Shown one piece after another: positions 17,999 to 27,879 of a stretch of DNA of 64,000 bases. This DNA comes from a virus. Taxonomy: Duplodnaviria > Caudoviricetes. Below the pieces are notes generated by a model. That model ran no database searches, was not told where the DNA came from, and saw only the letters and a program-made list of their open reading frames with translations. The stretch is taken from the IMG/VR virus record IMGVR_UViG_3300033066_001466, positions 10,720 through 74,719 of that record. One strand, given 5' to 3'. Made by a program: the position numbers and the translations under genes. Position 1 is the first letter of the stretch, and every line of letters starts with the position of its first letter.

Positions 17999-19582
17999 GT
18001 GTCTAAAAAACGAATTCTTCTTTCTAGTGAAAACAGCTATCAAAATAGTGGTTATAGCGTAATGACTAGAGAGCTATTAACTAGATTGTACGCGACTGGA
18101 AAGTATGAGATTGCTGAACTAGGCACTAATGCTCGCCCAGAAGACGATAGAATTAATTATTTTCCTTGGAAAATTTATCCCGTAATTCCCGCAATGGAAG
18201 ATAAAGAAAGTTGGGGTTTATTTAATAGTAAACAAGAGGGACAATTTGGGGCATGGTGCTTTGAAAAAACGATTTTGGATTTTAAGCCAGACGTAGTACT
18301 TGATTTTAGAGACCCATATCATTGTACTTATGAACTATTAAGTCCTCTTCGAGAGTATTATAGTCATCTATTTATGCCCACTGTTGATGCTACACCCCAA
18401 ACAGATGAGTGGGCTAATCAATACACTATGTCCGACGGAATTTTATCTTATACAGAATTTGGTCGCAAAATCCTCCAAAAGACTTGTGGGGATAGCATTA
18501 ACTTTATGGGAGTTGCCAGTCCAGGTGCTAACTTTGAAGATTTAAAACCTTTGAACAAAAAAGAAATCAGGGTTAAATATGGACTACCGGAAGATGTTCT
18601 AATTTTAGGAATGGTGGCCCGAAATCAGATTAGAAAATTTTTCCCCGACCTTTTTGAGATGTTTAGGCGATTTATTGAAGTAGCTCCTAGAGAATTAGCC
18701 GACAAAACTTTCTTACATGTTCATACTGGTCATCCAGACGCTGGTTGGGATATGGGCCGAATTTTAAAAGAATACGGATTATCACATAAGGTCTACTTCA
18801 CTTATATTTGCCGAAGCTGTGCAGACATAAGAATTCATTTATGGAATGATTACGGCTTACCTTGCCGAAGATGTGGTAATAAAAGTGTATTCTTCACTAA
18901 CCCAGCTTTTGGATTAACTAGAGAGGGGCTATGTGAACTTTATAACCTTTACGACCTATATATTCAGTATGCGGGCCTAGAAGGATTTGGTGTGCCTGTA
19001 GTTGAAGCAGCGGCTTGCGGAATTCCAATTTGTACAGTTCCTTATTCTGGCATGGAAGATTTCGTTGAAAAGATTTTAGCTCATCCTGTTCCAATTGGTG
19101 GATTTAGTCCAGAAGTTCAAAGCCACCGGAAATGGGCTTACCCAAACAATGCTTTATTTGCCGAAGAATTGATTAAAATTTTAAACCGAGATTTAGTAAG
19201 CTGGGGCCAAAAAACTCGCGAAGCCTGCAAAGAACATTTTGATTGGGATAAGTCTGCAAAAGTATGGGAAAATGCAATTGATAACTTACCACCTGCAAAA
19301 CGCAAATGGACAGACCCAAAAAGAGACTTGACAGAACTTCCATTGTCTGACAATCTAGACGATTCAGCCTTTGTTAAGGAATGTTTTAAAAATTTAAGCT
19401 TTTGTGAGCATCTCACTAAAGGTTATCTTTACCATATTTTTATGAAAAACCTATATAACGGCAATATTCCTAATTCTAATCAAAATGGGCTTCCTCAACC
19501 ATTCAGTAGAGAAAACGTGATAAATGAATGTAGAGGACTAGGAAACGCTACAAGACATTGGGAGACTTTACGTTGTCAGTAA
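17999..19582 (+). CDS. GT-B (GT4-like) glycosyltransferase with CxxC insert
   Basis: SGY, GMVARNQIRK, EGFGVPVVEAAACGIP. Confidence 0.85.
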   Translation: MSKKRILLSSENSYQNSGYSVMTRELLTRLYATGKYEIAELGTNARPEDDRINYFPWKIYPVIPAMEDKESWGLFNSKQEGQFGAWCFEKTILDFKPDVVLDFRDPYHCTYELLSPLREYYSHLFMPTVDATPQTDEWANQYTMSDGILSYTEFGRKILQKTCGDSINFMGVASPGANFEDLKPLNKKEIRVKYGLPEDVLILGMVARNQIRKFFPDLFEMFRRFIEVAPRELADKTFLHVHTGHPDAGWDMGRILKEYGLSHKVYFTYICRSCADIRIHLWNDYGLPCRRCGNKSVFFTNPAFGLTREGLCELYNLYDLYIQYAGLEGFGVPVVEAAACGIPICTVPYSGMEDFVEKILAHPVPIGGFSPEVQSHRKWAYPNNALFAEELIKILNRDLVSWGQKTREACKEHFDWDKSAKVWENAIDNLPPAKRKWTDPKRDLTELPLSDNLDDSAFVKECFKNLSFCEHLTKGYLYHIFMKNLYNGNIPNSNQNGLPQPFSRENVINECRGLGNATRHWETLRCQ

Positions 19583-20556
19583 TCTATATTGCTCCATTTT
19601 TTGAGAATAATGCTCTTGGCGAGGCTTCTACAGCTTATGCTGGCCTTTTGTCTAAATATATGGATGTTACTTGTCGGCCAATTGGCGGCAAAGAAACAGA
19701 AAAACCTAATATCGTCGAACTTATGAAGAATAAGGGCGGTAATTACTTAGTTATTCATAGCAAGCCCGAAGATTTTTGCTGGAAAGCTGGCTTTAAGAAA
19801 GTCGTTGGTATTACTCACCTAAAAAGCCCTCTTATTGAAGAAACTGATTTTCAACAGAATTTTTCCCTAATGGACGAAGTCTATCATGATTCTTCCTTTA
19901 TTTTGCCTGGCACTAATAATATTAATCCCTTTTGTGACAAAAAAGAATATCAAGGTTTTGCACAGAAAACGGAGGAAAAAGACAAGACTAAGCCTTATAA
20001 GTTCTTAATCGTGGGCGAGCCTACTTGTTATGAAGAAATTTATATGGTTATTAGGGCTTATTGTGAGGAATTTCGGGGCGAAGAAAATGTAGATTTAACT
20101 CTTAAGACTAATCCTAAGTTTAATGTGGCTCAATTTTCAGAAAATATTAAGATTCTTCAGTCTCATATTAGAAAATACAATAATCCTGTTTATCCTCAAC
20201 TTAGTTTTAACAATGTATGGCATAATCGACAAGACCTATTAAAATTTTATGATGAATTTGATTGTGTTCTCAATTGTAATCTGCATAATAGCTGGAGTAA
20301 ACCATTTTTAGACTGCTTAATGCTCCAAAAACGGGGTATATCACTTATAGATGACACAGAAATTGTCGAAAAACAGTCCTATGGGCCATCTGAACATAAA
20401 GATTATCCAGTTGGAACCTCTCGTTCTTTTGTGACCAAAAATGTTAAGCAAATTTTGAGAGATACTTTTTCAGGTAAGAGAGTAAAAACTAGCCTAAACA
20501 TTGAAGATTTTACAGAAGAGAAGGTTTTAACGCAACTAATGGCGATTTTTTCATGA
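19558..20556 (+). CDS. divergent GT-B glycosyltransferase-like protein
   Basis: IRAYCEEF..EENVDLTLKT and DLLKFYDEFDC resemble phage GT4 C-terminal domains. Confidence 0.55.
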   Translation: MGDFTLSVIYIAPFFENNALGEASTAYAGLLSKYMDVTCRPIGGKETEKPNIVELMKNKGGNYLVIHSKPEDFCWKAGFKKVVGITHLKSPLIEETDFQQNFSLMDEVYHDSSFILPGTNNINPFCDKKEYQGFAQKTEEKDKTKPYKFLIVGEPTCYEEIYMVIRAYCEEFRGEENVDLTLKTNPKFNVAQFSENIKILQSHIRKYNNPVYPQLSFNNVWHNRQDLLKFYDEFDCVLNCNLHNSWSKPFLDCLMLQKRGISLIDDTEIVEKQSYGPSEHKDYPVGTSRSFVTKNVKQILRDTFSGKRVKTSLNIEDFTEEKVLTQLMAIFS

Positions 20557-21284
20557 GCCGGAAACCCCGACCAAAAAAACTTCCTAAAGCCAACGAACTA
20601 TATAAAGTCACAAATGAGCAAAATAATAAAATATTTATTACCCCAAAACTTGAAGCTAAAACTGAAAGCCAAAAAGAGTGTATCAGACTAATTAAAGAAA
20701 AAGACATTATTTTTATAGGTGGAGCAGCAGGAGTAGGAAAATCTTGGATAACAGTAGCATATGGGCTTTTGGCTGTTATTAGAGGCGAATTTGATAAATT
20801 AATTTTAGTAAGGCCAGCCGTTACAACTGAAGAAATCGGATTCCTCAGTGGTGACTTAGATGCTAAAACCTTGCCCTTTATGGAATCCGTTCTCTATATT
20901 GTTAATAAGTTCTTAACAAAAGAACAGTTTGCTGCTATGAAAAAAGAGGATAAGATAGAAATTAAGTCTATGGCTTACATTAGAGGTGTAACGTGTGACC
21001 GAGCTTTCATTGTGGTAGATGAAGCTCAAAATTTGAATCATAAAGCTATGAAGCTTATTGTAACAAGAATTGGAGAAGGAAGCAAGTTAGTAATTCAGGG
21101 AGATACAGAACAGAGTGATTTAAAATCTTATGAAAAAGGTTCTTTGGAGTCACATATTGAGTTATTTAGGGATTTTCATCCTAAGTTTGGCTCATTTCAA
21201 TTCAAAGAAGAAGACATTGTAAGAAATCCTTTAATTACAATATATCTCAACAGGTTGAAAAATGCAGAAAATAAAAACCAATAG
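20553..21284 (+). CDS. phoH: PhoH-family ATPase
   Basis: GAAGVGKS, RPAV, IGFLSG, YIRG, DEAQN, RIGEGSK, GDTEQSDL, DIVRNPL. Confidence 0.92.
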   Translation: MSRKPRPKKLPKANELYKVTNEQNNKIFITPKLEAKTESQKECIRLIKEKDIIFIGGAAGVGKSWITVAYGLLAVIRGEFDKLILVRPAVTTEEIGFLSGDLDAKTLPFMESVLYIVNKFLTKEQFAAMKKEDKIEIKSMAYIRGVTCDRAFIVVDEAQNLNHKAMKLIVTRIGEGSKLVIQGDTEQSDLKSYEKGSLESHIELFRDFHPKFGSFQFKEEDIVRNPLITIYLNRLKNAENKNQ

Positions 21285-22296
21285 TGGCCCTAAAAAACTT
21301 CCACAGAAAGAAATTATAGAAAAATACAAAATAGGCTTTAATAAAGCCGAAATAGCTAAAGAATATAACTCAACCAAACAGGCTATACACTATATATTAG
21401 TCAAGCATAAAATTTTAGTAAAAAACAAAAGAATTTACGAACACAAATTAACCTGTGAAGAAGAATCCGAGTTTCTAAGAAGGTATTTGAATAATCATGA
21501 ATCTGCCAAAAAACTTTGTAAAGAATTTAAAATTTCAGAACTAAATGGCTCTAAGTTTCTTAATAGAAATGGTATTTTTCCACAAAAACAAAAAAGAAGT
21601 TATAGAAAATATACGCTAAACGAACATTATTTTGATTCTATAGATACAGAAGATAAAGCTTATTTCCTTGGATTGTTATATGCAGATGGTTTTAATGGCG
21701 AAGATTCTGGAGAGATAGAGATTAGTTTAAAAGATAAAGATATTAAAATTTTAGAAAAAATGAACAATAGCATAGGTTCAAATAAGCCAATAAAATATAG
21801 AAGTATTACCAACAAAAATGGCTTGACAGGACGTTATGCTAGATTATGGATTCATAGTAAAATAATGTCAAAAAGATTAGCTGAATTAGGATGTTGGCAA
21901 AGAAAAAGTTTAACTTTAGAATTTCCAAAAAAAGAAACAATTCCAACTAAATTGATACCTCATTTTGTTAGGGGATTTTTTGATGGAAATGCATATATAT
22001 CAAAAGCTTATAAGGTATATTCTGCTGAAGTTATATCTACAGAGATGTTTTTAACTAAGCTTAGAGATATACTAACCGAAGAATTAGATATAAAAGGAAG
22101 TTTTCAAGCTCATCAAAATGGTAAAAATAAAATCTTAAAAATTGGTGGAACAATTCAAACTTTAAAATTTCTTGACTGGCTCTACAAAGATGCTACTATC
22201 TATTTAGATAGAAAATACGATAGATATCAAATGCTCAAAAAGGATAGACAGAAATATGCAGATTCAAGGAATTCACAGGTCTCTAGCGAAAAGTAA
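21262..22296 (+). CDS. free-standing LAGLIDADG homing endonuclease with two HTH-like N-terminal segments
   Basis: AYFLGLLYADGF and HFVRGFFDGN. Confidence 0.85.
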   Translation: MQKIKTNSGPKKLPQKEIIEKYKIGFNKAEIAKEYNSTKQAIHYILVKHKILVKNKRIYEHKLTCEEESEFLRRYLNNHESAKKLCKEFKISELNGSKFLNRNGIFPQKQKRSYRKYTLNEHYFDSIDTEDKAYFLGLLYADGFNGEDSGEIEISLKDKDIKILEKMNNSIGSNKPIKYRSITNKNGLTGRYARLWIHSKIMSKRLAELGCWQRKSLTLEFPKKETIPTKLIPHFVRGFFDGNAYISKAYKVYSAEVISTEMFLTKLRDILTEELDIKGSFQAHQNGKNKILKIGGTIQTLKFLDWLYKDATIYLDRKYDRYQMLKKDRQKYADSRNSQVSSEK

Positions 22297-23197
22297 GCCA
22301 AAACTCTTAACTCTCTATCAAGGTCATAGTTACTTAGCAATGCTGAGTGACTTTCAGACCTATTGTTGGGTTCATCCGCAGATTTGTGACGCTAGACATC
22401 CAATTAATATTCCAAATATGCTACAAGTTAGCGGTTGGGAACAGTTGGATTTTGACTTATGCGTAAACTTTTCGGGTGGAATTACTAAGAGAATTCTTAC
22501 AGATATAGCTAAAGCTCGCCATATAGATATAATTACCTACGAAATGGACTCCCCTATTGATATTGGGTCAGATTTAAAGTATAGGTTTACAGGCAAAAAT
22601 GGCTTATTTACAAGCGAATCTCATAAAAATGTAGTTCATGGTAATGGTGAAGTCATCTATCCGCCCATTCTTGGATTTGCTTGTCAAAACCCTATGATAC
22701 AAAGAAGATTATCAGTATGTACATATGGAGATAATTTAAAAGAAACTGAATCAACATCGCATTTTTCTGATTGGCATGAAATTATCAATACTTTGCCGGG
22801 CTGTCAGATTTTTGGTCATAACCCTAGATTAGGTACTTTTAACCCTGATTTAGGTCAATTAAATCAAATCCTAAACGACACTAAAATCTATTTAAATACT
22901 AAAACTGGCGGCTATTTCCCTTTAGATGTTCTTCAAGCAATGACTTGCGGATGCGTTGTTATAAGCTATAATTATCCAGGAATTGATGGACTTTTACCCA
23001 AGGAATTCATAGTTAAAAACAAGAAAGAGGCCAGAGCTTTAATCAGCGAATTAGTTACTAAGCCTCATCTTCTGCCTAGTTTGGGTGAAATTAATAGACA
23101 ATTAGCTGAAAAATTTAAATTTAATGGGCTTGCTGCTCATATTAATAAGGAATGGGAGAATATTTGTGAATTTGGCTATAAGCAGTACAGGGTTTAG
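22256..23197 (+). CDS. glycosyltransferase (GT-B, CgeB/GT4-like)
   Basis: KIYLNT...PLDVLQAMTCGCVVIS acceptor-side motif. Confidence 0.7.
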   Translation: MQIQGIHRSLAKSKPKLLTLYQGHSYLAMLSDFQTYCWVHPQICDARHPINIPNMLQVSGWEQLDFDLCVNFSGGITKRILTDIAKARHIDIITYEMDSPIDIGSDLKYRFTGKNGLFTSESHKNVVHGNGEVIYPPILGFACQNPMIQRRLSVCTYGDNLKETESTSHFSDWHEIINTLPGCQIFGHNPRLGTFNPDLGQLNQILNDTKIYLNTKTGGYFPLDVLQAMTCGCVVISYNYPGIDGLLPKEFIVKNKKEARALISELVTKPHLLPSLGEINRQLAEKFKFNGLAAHINKEWENICEFGYKQYRV

Positions 23198-23585
23198 CGA
23201 ACCAGGATATGCCTTTTTGGGCGTAAATAAAGATAATTTGGCTGAACTATCACTAGATAAAGTCGAATCTTTAGATAATCTAGTGGTTCATAGGGCTTTA
23301 CATTTAGTCGATTACAATAGGGTGTTAGAACTATTAAAAATTTACTATGATAAGCTAAAAACTGGAGGAACATTAATTCTTTACTGTATTGATGTTTACA
23401 AACTTTGTCATAAAGTTCATCGTCGCGAAATTGGAGAAGGTGATTTTAACAATTTTGTCTATGAAAATGGGCAAGTTAACTCAGTTTCGACCTTGTTCTT
23501 TCTTGATAATTGTGCTAAGATAGGCTTTAAGAAAATTGGAGCAGGTTTTGATGGGCTGTATGCTAAATTAGAGTTTATTAAATAG
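23124..23585 (+). CDS. degenerate class I SAM methyltransferase-like protein (start probably GTG 23166)
   Basis: LHLV..YYDKLKTGGTLIL and AKIGF resemble the MTase C-terminal half; GxG motif not clear. Confidence 0.45.
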   Translation: MGLLLILIRNGRIFVNLAISSTGFSEPGYAFLGVNKDNLAELSLDKVESLDNLVVHRALHLVDYNRVLELLKIYYDKLKTGGTLILYCIDVYKLCHKVHRREIGEGDFNNFVYENGQVNSVSTLFFLDNCAKIGFKKIGAGFDGLYAKLEFIK

Positions 23586-23596
23586 GAATCTAAATA

Positions 23597-24214
23597 ATGG
23601 ACTGTAAAGGATGTAAAAATCTACTAGATAACGAATGTAAGCTTGGTAAACATGAGCTATTAGGAGTCTTAAGAAATGACAATAGAGAAGTAATTCAATT
23701 AAACGAAACCTGCATTTTTAAGAACACAGTTCATGACTTTACTTTTGATATGGCTCATAAATTTGCTATGGCTAAAGTTGCGGTAGCTACTTATTTTATT
23801 ATTAGGAATGAAGACGATATTCAAGAATTATACAATTTGCTAGATAATGAAAAAAACTATGGCGAAACCAATCTTATTGGCCAATTTAACGTATTAAGCA
23901 CAATAGAATTATCCGTAAAACAAGTTGGTGAAATCTCTCTTAAGCTTGTAGCTCTCAACAAAAATCGCTTTTGGACATTTAAAATCCTTTACGAAGATAC
24001 TCCTGAACGATACATTATCAATAATTGTGAGTTGCCCTACTTTCTACATATCTTATCTGAATCTGACCTTGCTATGATTCAAAATTTTAAATATATATGC
24101 TTTTCGGGCAAGATTCCAAACGTTTATGGTAACATTATCTCAACAAAATGGTTCATTAATAAAGTCGAGGAAATAGAAGAAAATGCTGGCCTTCAAACCA
24201 AAAGTCTTGTTTAA
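23597..24214 (+). CDS. hypothetical protein, Cys-rich N-terminus
   Basis: CKGC..C..C, inside the GT cluster. Confidence 0.55.
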   Translation: MDCKGCKNLLDNECKLGKHELLGVLRNDNREVIQLNETCIFKNTVHDFTFDMAHKFAMAKVAVATYFIIRNEDDIQELYNLLDNEKNYGETNLIGQFNVLSTIELSVKQVGEISLKLVALNKNRFWTFKILYEDTPERYIINNCELPYFLHILSESDLAMIQNFKYICFSGKIPNVYGNIISTKWFINKVEEIEENAGLQTKSLV

Positions 24215-24809
24215 TCTGATATGCCGAAATGACGAGACTATCATTCAAGATTGCTTAGATAGTATTTTAAGCCAAGAAGGAATTCGGCCTTATCTTAATA
24301 TTTCCTGCCTTGATAGTAATGATACTACTTTCTTTTGGGCCAAATCCTATTGTAAAAGTCCATCGGTTTATGAACCGAATCAAGTCGTATCTGAACAAAT
24401 TACCGCATGCAGGACTCCAGATGAAAAATCTAGCTTAATAAATGGAGTTATAACTGGAAGAAGAGTTGAAGCTCAATACTATGTTTTTATGCATTGCCCA
24501 GGAATTTTAACAAAAAATTATAGTAAAAAATTAATCACTCTAATTAACGATGAAGTAATGGGTGGTTATACAGATGTGATTGATAGCGGTATTAAAATTT
24601 ACACACACTTAAATACTGATAGATGTATTAATATTGGCCCCTATTTATTGTTAAAGTCTTCTATTTCTGAACAGTATAATCACGAAGATATGAGAAGCTT
24701 TCTATCGGCTATTGTTAATATAGGAATTCTAGCTCATTTGCCTGAATTTCTCGCCGGAAATAATTGGATTAAATCATTGTCACAAAAGAAAATATCACTA
24801 TTATGTTAA
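24183..24809 (+). CDS. GT-A (GT2-like) glycosyltransferase
   Basis: CRNDETIIQDCLDSILSQ and DSNDTT N-terminal GT2 pattern. Confidence 0.6.
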   Translation: MLAFKPKVLFNLICRNDETIIQDCLDSILSQEGIRPYLNISCLDSNDTTFFWAKSYCKSPSVYEPNQVVSEQITACRTPDEKSSLINGVITGRRVEAQYYVFMHCPGILTKNYSKKLITLINDEVMGGYTDVIDSGIKIYTHLNTDRCINIGPYLLLKSSISEQYNHEDMRSFLSAIVNIGILAHLPEFLAGNNWIKSLSQKKISLLC

Positions 24810-25057
24810 ATACAAAAGACAAATTAGACTTATTTTATTGGGGCGAATTTTCACTAGAAAAGATGCTAATAATTAAAGAGTTGCCTGATTTACACATTTA
24901 TGGCGAAAAGAAATGGCCAACTCATCAATTTATTGGAACTATTCCTTACGACGAAACTTGTTTTTTAGGCCAATGCTATTCTAGAGCTTTAGCTTTTAAC
25001 GAAGAAGAATCTAATAAGTTTAAAGAATTAGGTCTGGAGGTAGTGTGCTTAAATTAG
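24803..25057 (+). CDS. hypothetical protein
   Basis: 84-aa coupled ORF. Confidence 0.55.
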   Translation: MLNTKDKLDLFYWGEFSLEKMLIIKELPDLHIYGEKKWPTHQFIGTIPYDETCFLGQCYSRALAFNEEESNKFKELGLEVVCLN

Positions 25058-25497
25058 GAGTTTTGCTAGATAATGTTTCGCCCAAAGAACTTAATCAAGA
25101 AGTGTTTCGTGTTTTGCGAACAGTCTATGAAAGAGATAAGCTAGTTTCGGCCAATATTTTTGCCAAGCATCTTAACTGGCCCTATACGGATGTTCCATAC
25201 GGAATTTTTAAATGGAATGATTATCAGAGTTTTGATGGAACTACAATAGTTACAAATCTTGAGTTATTATCTTTTGTTAAAGAAGTTCCTCATAATAATA
25301 AAATCATTTTATACTGTAATAGTTTTCCGTGGGTAGACTCAAATATTCCGGCAAAAACTGCTATTTCTCTCTTGACAGACCCAAAACTTAGTGTATACTG
25401 CAAGGTAGACTACATTAAAGATTTTTTAGAAACTCTCAATATTAAGTCTACTGTTTGTAGTTTTCAAGAATTAGTGGATAAAACGCTTTGGCCATAA
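25045..25497 (+). CDS. hypothetical protein (GT-cluster associated)
   Basis: GTG start with SD GGAGG; 150 aa. Confidence 0.6.
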   Translation: MLKLGVLLDNVSPKELNQEVFRVLRTVYERDKLVSANIFAKHLNWPYTDVPYGIFKWNDYQSFDGTTIVTNLELLSFVKEVPHNNKIILYCNSFPWVDSNIPAKTAISLLTDPKLSVYCKVDYIKDFLETLNIKSTVCSFQELVDKTLWP

Positions 25498-26210
25498 CAT
25501 TTGATTATAGTTTCATGATGAGACATCATACTGATGGTATGACAGTTGCCGCTTTAGCTAAAGAGGCTGGTGTTCATACTAATCAACTAAGAAGAGCTAT
25601 GATAAAAGCTGGGATTGAGATTAAGAGTAGAAGTGAATCTATGAGGGATAGTTTTGCGGCTGGTCATTCAGAAGTAAAAGGAGGATTCACGCTATCCGAA
25701 GAGCATAAAGACTCTATTTCAAAAGCTAATAAAGGTCGTGCTGCCGGATTAAGAAATACTACTAATAATGTATTTATGGATAAAAATAATAAAGATTGGA
25801 TTCACGGAAGAAGTGCTAAAGAAAACAGTAAAGCATCTAAAAAAGGCAGTAAATTTGAGAAAGTTATAGTTGACAAACTTATCGAGTTAGGTTATAATGT
25901 AGGAAACCAAGTCCGCTTAAACGATTACAAAATTGACATTTTTATTGCGGCCTATAATTTAGCTATTGAGATTGATGGAATTTCTCATAGAAAACCTGTT
26001 TTTGGGGCAGGCAAACTACAAGAAACTAGGGACAGGGATAAGGCTAAAGACGACGCAATGAAACAAAGAGGAATGTCAATAGTTAGGATTATGAATGACC
26101 AAAAAGGTGTTAGCAGATATAATACTAATTTGGTGATTAAATTCATCCTAGAAACCATTAAAATGCTAGAAACTACTAGCCACCTATATAGGGTTATCGA
26201 AGTACGATAG
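25488..26210 (+). CDS. HTH + NUMOD3 + DUF559/Vsr-like endonuclease (probable homing endonuclease)
   Basis: LSEEHKDSISKANKGR; YKIDIF...AIEIDGISH...RDKAKD. Confidence 0.7.
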   Translation: MAITFDYSFMMRHHTDGMTVAALAKEAGVHTNQLRRAMIKAGIEIKSRSESMRDSFAAGHSEVKGGFTLSEEHKDSISKANKGRAAGLRNTTNNVFMDKNNKDWIHGRSAKENSKASKKGSKFEKVIVDKLIELGYNVGNQVRLNDYKIDIFIAAYNLAIEIDGISHRKPVFGAGKLQETRDRDKAKDDAMKQRGMSIVRIMNDQKGVSRYNTNLVIKFILETIKMLETTSHLYRVIEVR

Positions 26211-26240
26211 TTAAATGCCAATTGAACCAAAGGAAAATAT

Positions 26241-26981
26241 ATGTTAACGATGGCAGAATTAAAGACAAGCTTTGAGGGTAATGAATGGGTGAATCCAGAA
26301 TGGACAGATTTAGTATTAGAACAATTGGCCGATAATGAAGTTTCGATTGACCAGAAAGGTAAGAAGTATCCGCGAGTTAGAGGGCTTCGTCGAATTGGTT
26401 CATTCTTATCTCAAGCTTATATTGTATGCGACAGTATTAGCTGTAACGAACAATATGCTGCTTGTAAAGCTGAAGCTTATATCTATGGTTATGGCGACCG
26501 CGGTTATACCGTAAAAGTTGCTAGTTCAATGGCTGAAGCAACCCCAACAAATGTTAACAATGAAATGATTGCTAAGCACCTACTAGCAACTGCTGAAAGC
26601 CGAGCCGAAGGACGATGTTGGACTAAAGTGCTTAAACTTAACTGTTTAACAGCCGAAGAAATGAGTTTAGGAGCAACTGAAACTACTAAACCTGACGCAG
26701 TCAAGGATATTGATGAAGAAAACGGCACCATTAATTCAATGCAAAGGAAAATGATTAATAAAAAATGCAAACTCTTAAATATTGATGCTAATAAATTTGC
26801 CGAGGACGTATGTAATACTAAAGATGAAAGCGGACAGTTACTATTTGACCCAAAAACTAATCTAGTTAAGGGCATATTATCAAAATTATTGGCTTCTAAA
26901 GTTATTGAACTACTTGGAAGAATTGAGCGGGCCGAAGATAAAGTTAAGCCCGAACTTGAGGGTTTTGTTACTTTAAACTAA
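26241..26981 (+). CDS. putative Rad52/Sak-like single-strand annealing protein
   Basis: ATAESRAEGR..KVL..LTAEEM resembles the AETRAxGRAL motif. Confidence 0.5.
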   Translation: MLTMAELKTSFEGNEWVNPEWTDLVLEQLADNEVSIDQKGKKYPRVRGLRRIGSFLSQAYIVCDSISCNEQYAACKAEAYIYGYGDRGYTVKVASSMAEATPTNVNNEMIAKHLLATAESRAEGRCWTKVLKLNCLTAEEMSLGATETTKPDAVKDIDEENGTINSMQRKMINKKCKLLNIDANKFAEDVCNTKDESGQLLFDPKTNLVKGILSKLLASKVIELLGRIERAEDKVKPELEGFVTLN

Positions 26982-26995
26982 TGTAGTTTTCTTTT

Positions 26996-27454
26996 GTGAA
27001 AGGTTTGATTATGGTACGTTTAAGTAAGAATGTTGGTGCTGGTGTTACAGCCTCTGTTGAGGGCGAAAGCTTTACCGAGGCTTTTGAGCAAATGGCTATG
27101 ATTGAAGAGTGTTATGAGGCTTGTCCACTTGAGCAGTCTAATGGCAGTTTCCGTCATCGTGTACGAGACGTTGAAAAGGATGGCAAAGAATATCGTTATT
27201 ACGAATTGATGGATATTGAGACTAAAGCTCGTCTAAGTTTGGGTCAATATGACCAAAAAGACAAAAAGGGTTTCCTATTTCCAAAGCGTAAAGCTTCTGC
27301 TGAAAAGGGTGGAGAATGGCTACCAAATCGCGGCTGGGAAGTTTGGGCACCTCAAAATGCCGCTAAGCCAGCACAAGAGAAGTCAAAGAGCGCTCCTACC
27401 AAAAAAAACACTAGTGCTAAAGTAGCAAATTCTGATGATGAGTTACCATTCTAG
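26996..27454 (+). CDS. putative single-stranded DNA-binding protein
   Basis: Aromatic/basic core, flexible linker, acidic C-terminus DDELPF. Confidence 0.5.
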   Translation: MKGLIMVRLSKNVGAGVTASVEGESFTEAFEQMAMIEECYEACPLEQSNGSFRHRVRDVEKDGKEYRYYELMDIETKARLSLGQYDQKDKKGFLFPKRKASAEKGGEWLPNRGWEVWAPQNAAKPAQEKSKSAPTKKNTSAKVANSDDELPF

Positions 27455-27475
27455 TAATTAAATAGGTACAAAAAT

Positions 27476-27493
27476 AGGGGCCATTTGGCCCCT
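27476..27493. terminator. bidirectional intrinsic terminator
   Basis: AGGGGCC-ATTT-GGCCCCT between convergent blocks, with A/T tracts on both sides. Confidence 0.75.
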
Positions 27494-27520
27494 TGCTTTG
27501 TTTAATAGGTTGACGACAGT

Positions 27521-27823
27521 TTAGGTAACTGGAAAATTTGGCCCAGGATTAGGTGGATTTACAGGAACTATAGGGTCAACTGGTGTTTTTGGGGCCAATA
27601 AACCATTAATAAAATTTTGTAGGTACTTAAGAACAAGGGCCACAATTGCTACAATAGCAGCAGTATTTGAACCTAAATCTAGATTTGCTAGATTGTTTGT
27701 CACATATGTGATAATTGCGGACAAAACAAAGATACCACCATTAATTAAGAAGTCCTTCCAAGTGGTAGTTGCTGCTGCCGGAACAGTTGCTGTTAGTGTT
27801 AGTGCTTTACCGAACTTATTCAT
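27521..27823 (-). CDS. holin-like membrane protein
   Basis: Two hydrophobic segments, Pro-rich tail, SD AGGAG, last gene of the late block. Confidence 0.5.
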   Translation of the reverse strand: MNKFGKALTLTATVPAAATTTWKDFLINGGIFVLSAIITYVTNNLANLDLGSNTAAIVAIVALVLKYLQNFINGLLAPKTPVDPIVPVNPPNPGPNFPVT

Positions 27824-27879
27824 TGAAATCTCCTATTGATACAAAGAAAAATATAGTGTATTTAAGTCAAGAAAAATTT

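Noticed and set aside
3500-22300. Group I introns around the free-standing endonucleases
   Set aside because: Flanking genes look complete and the gaps are too short for a ribozyme core.
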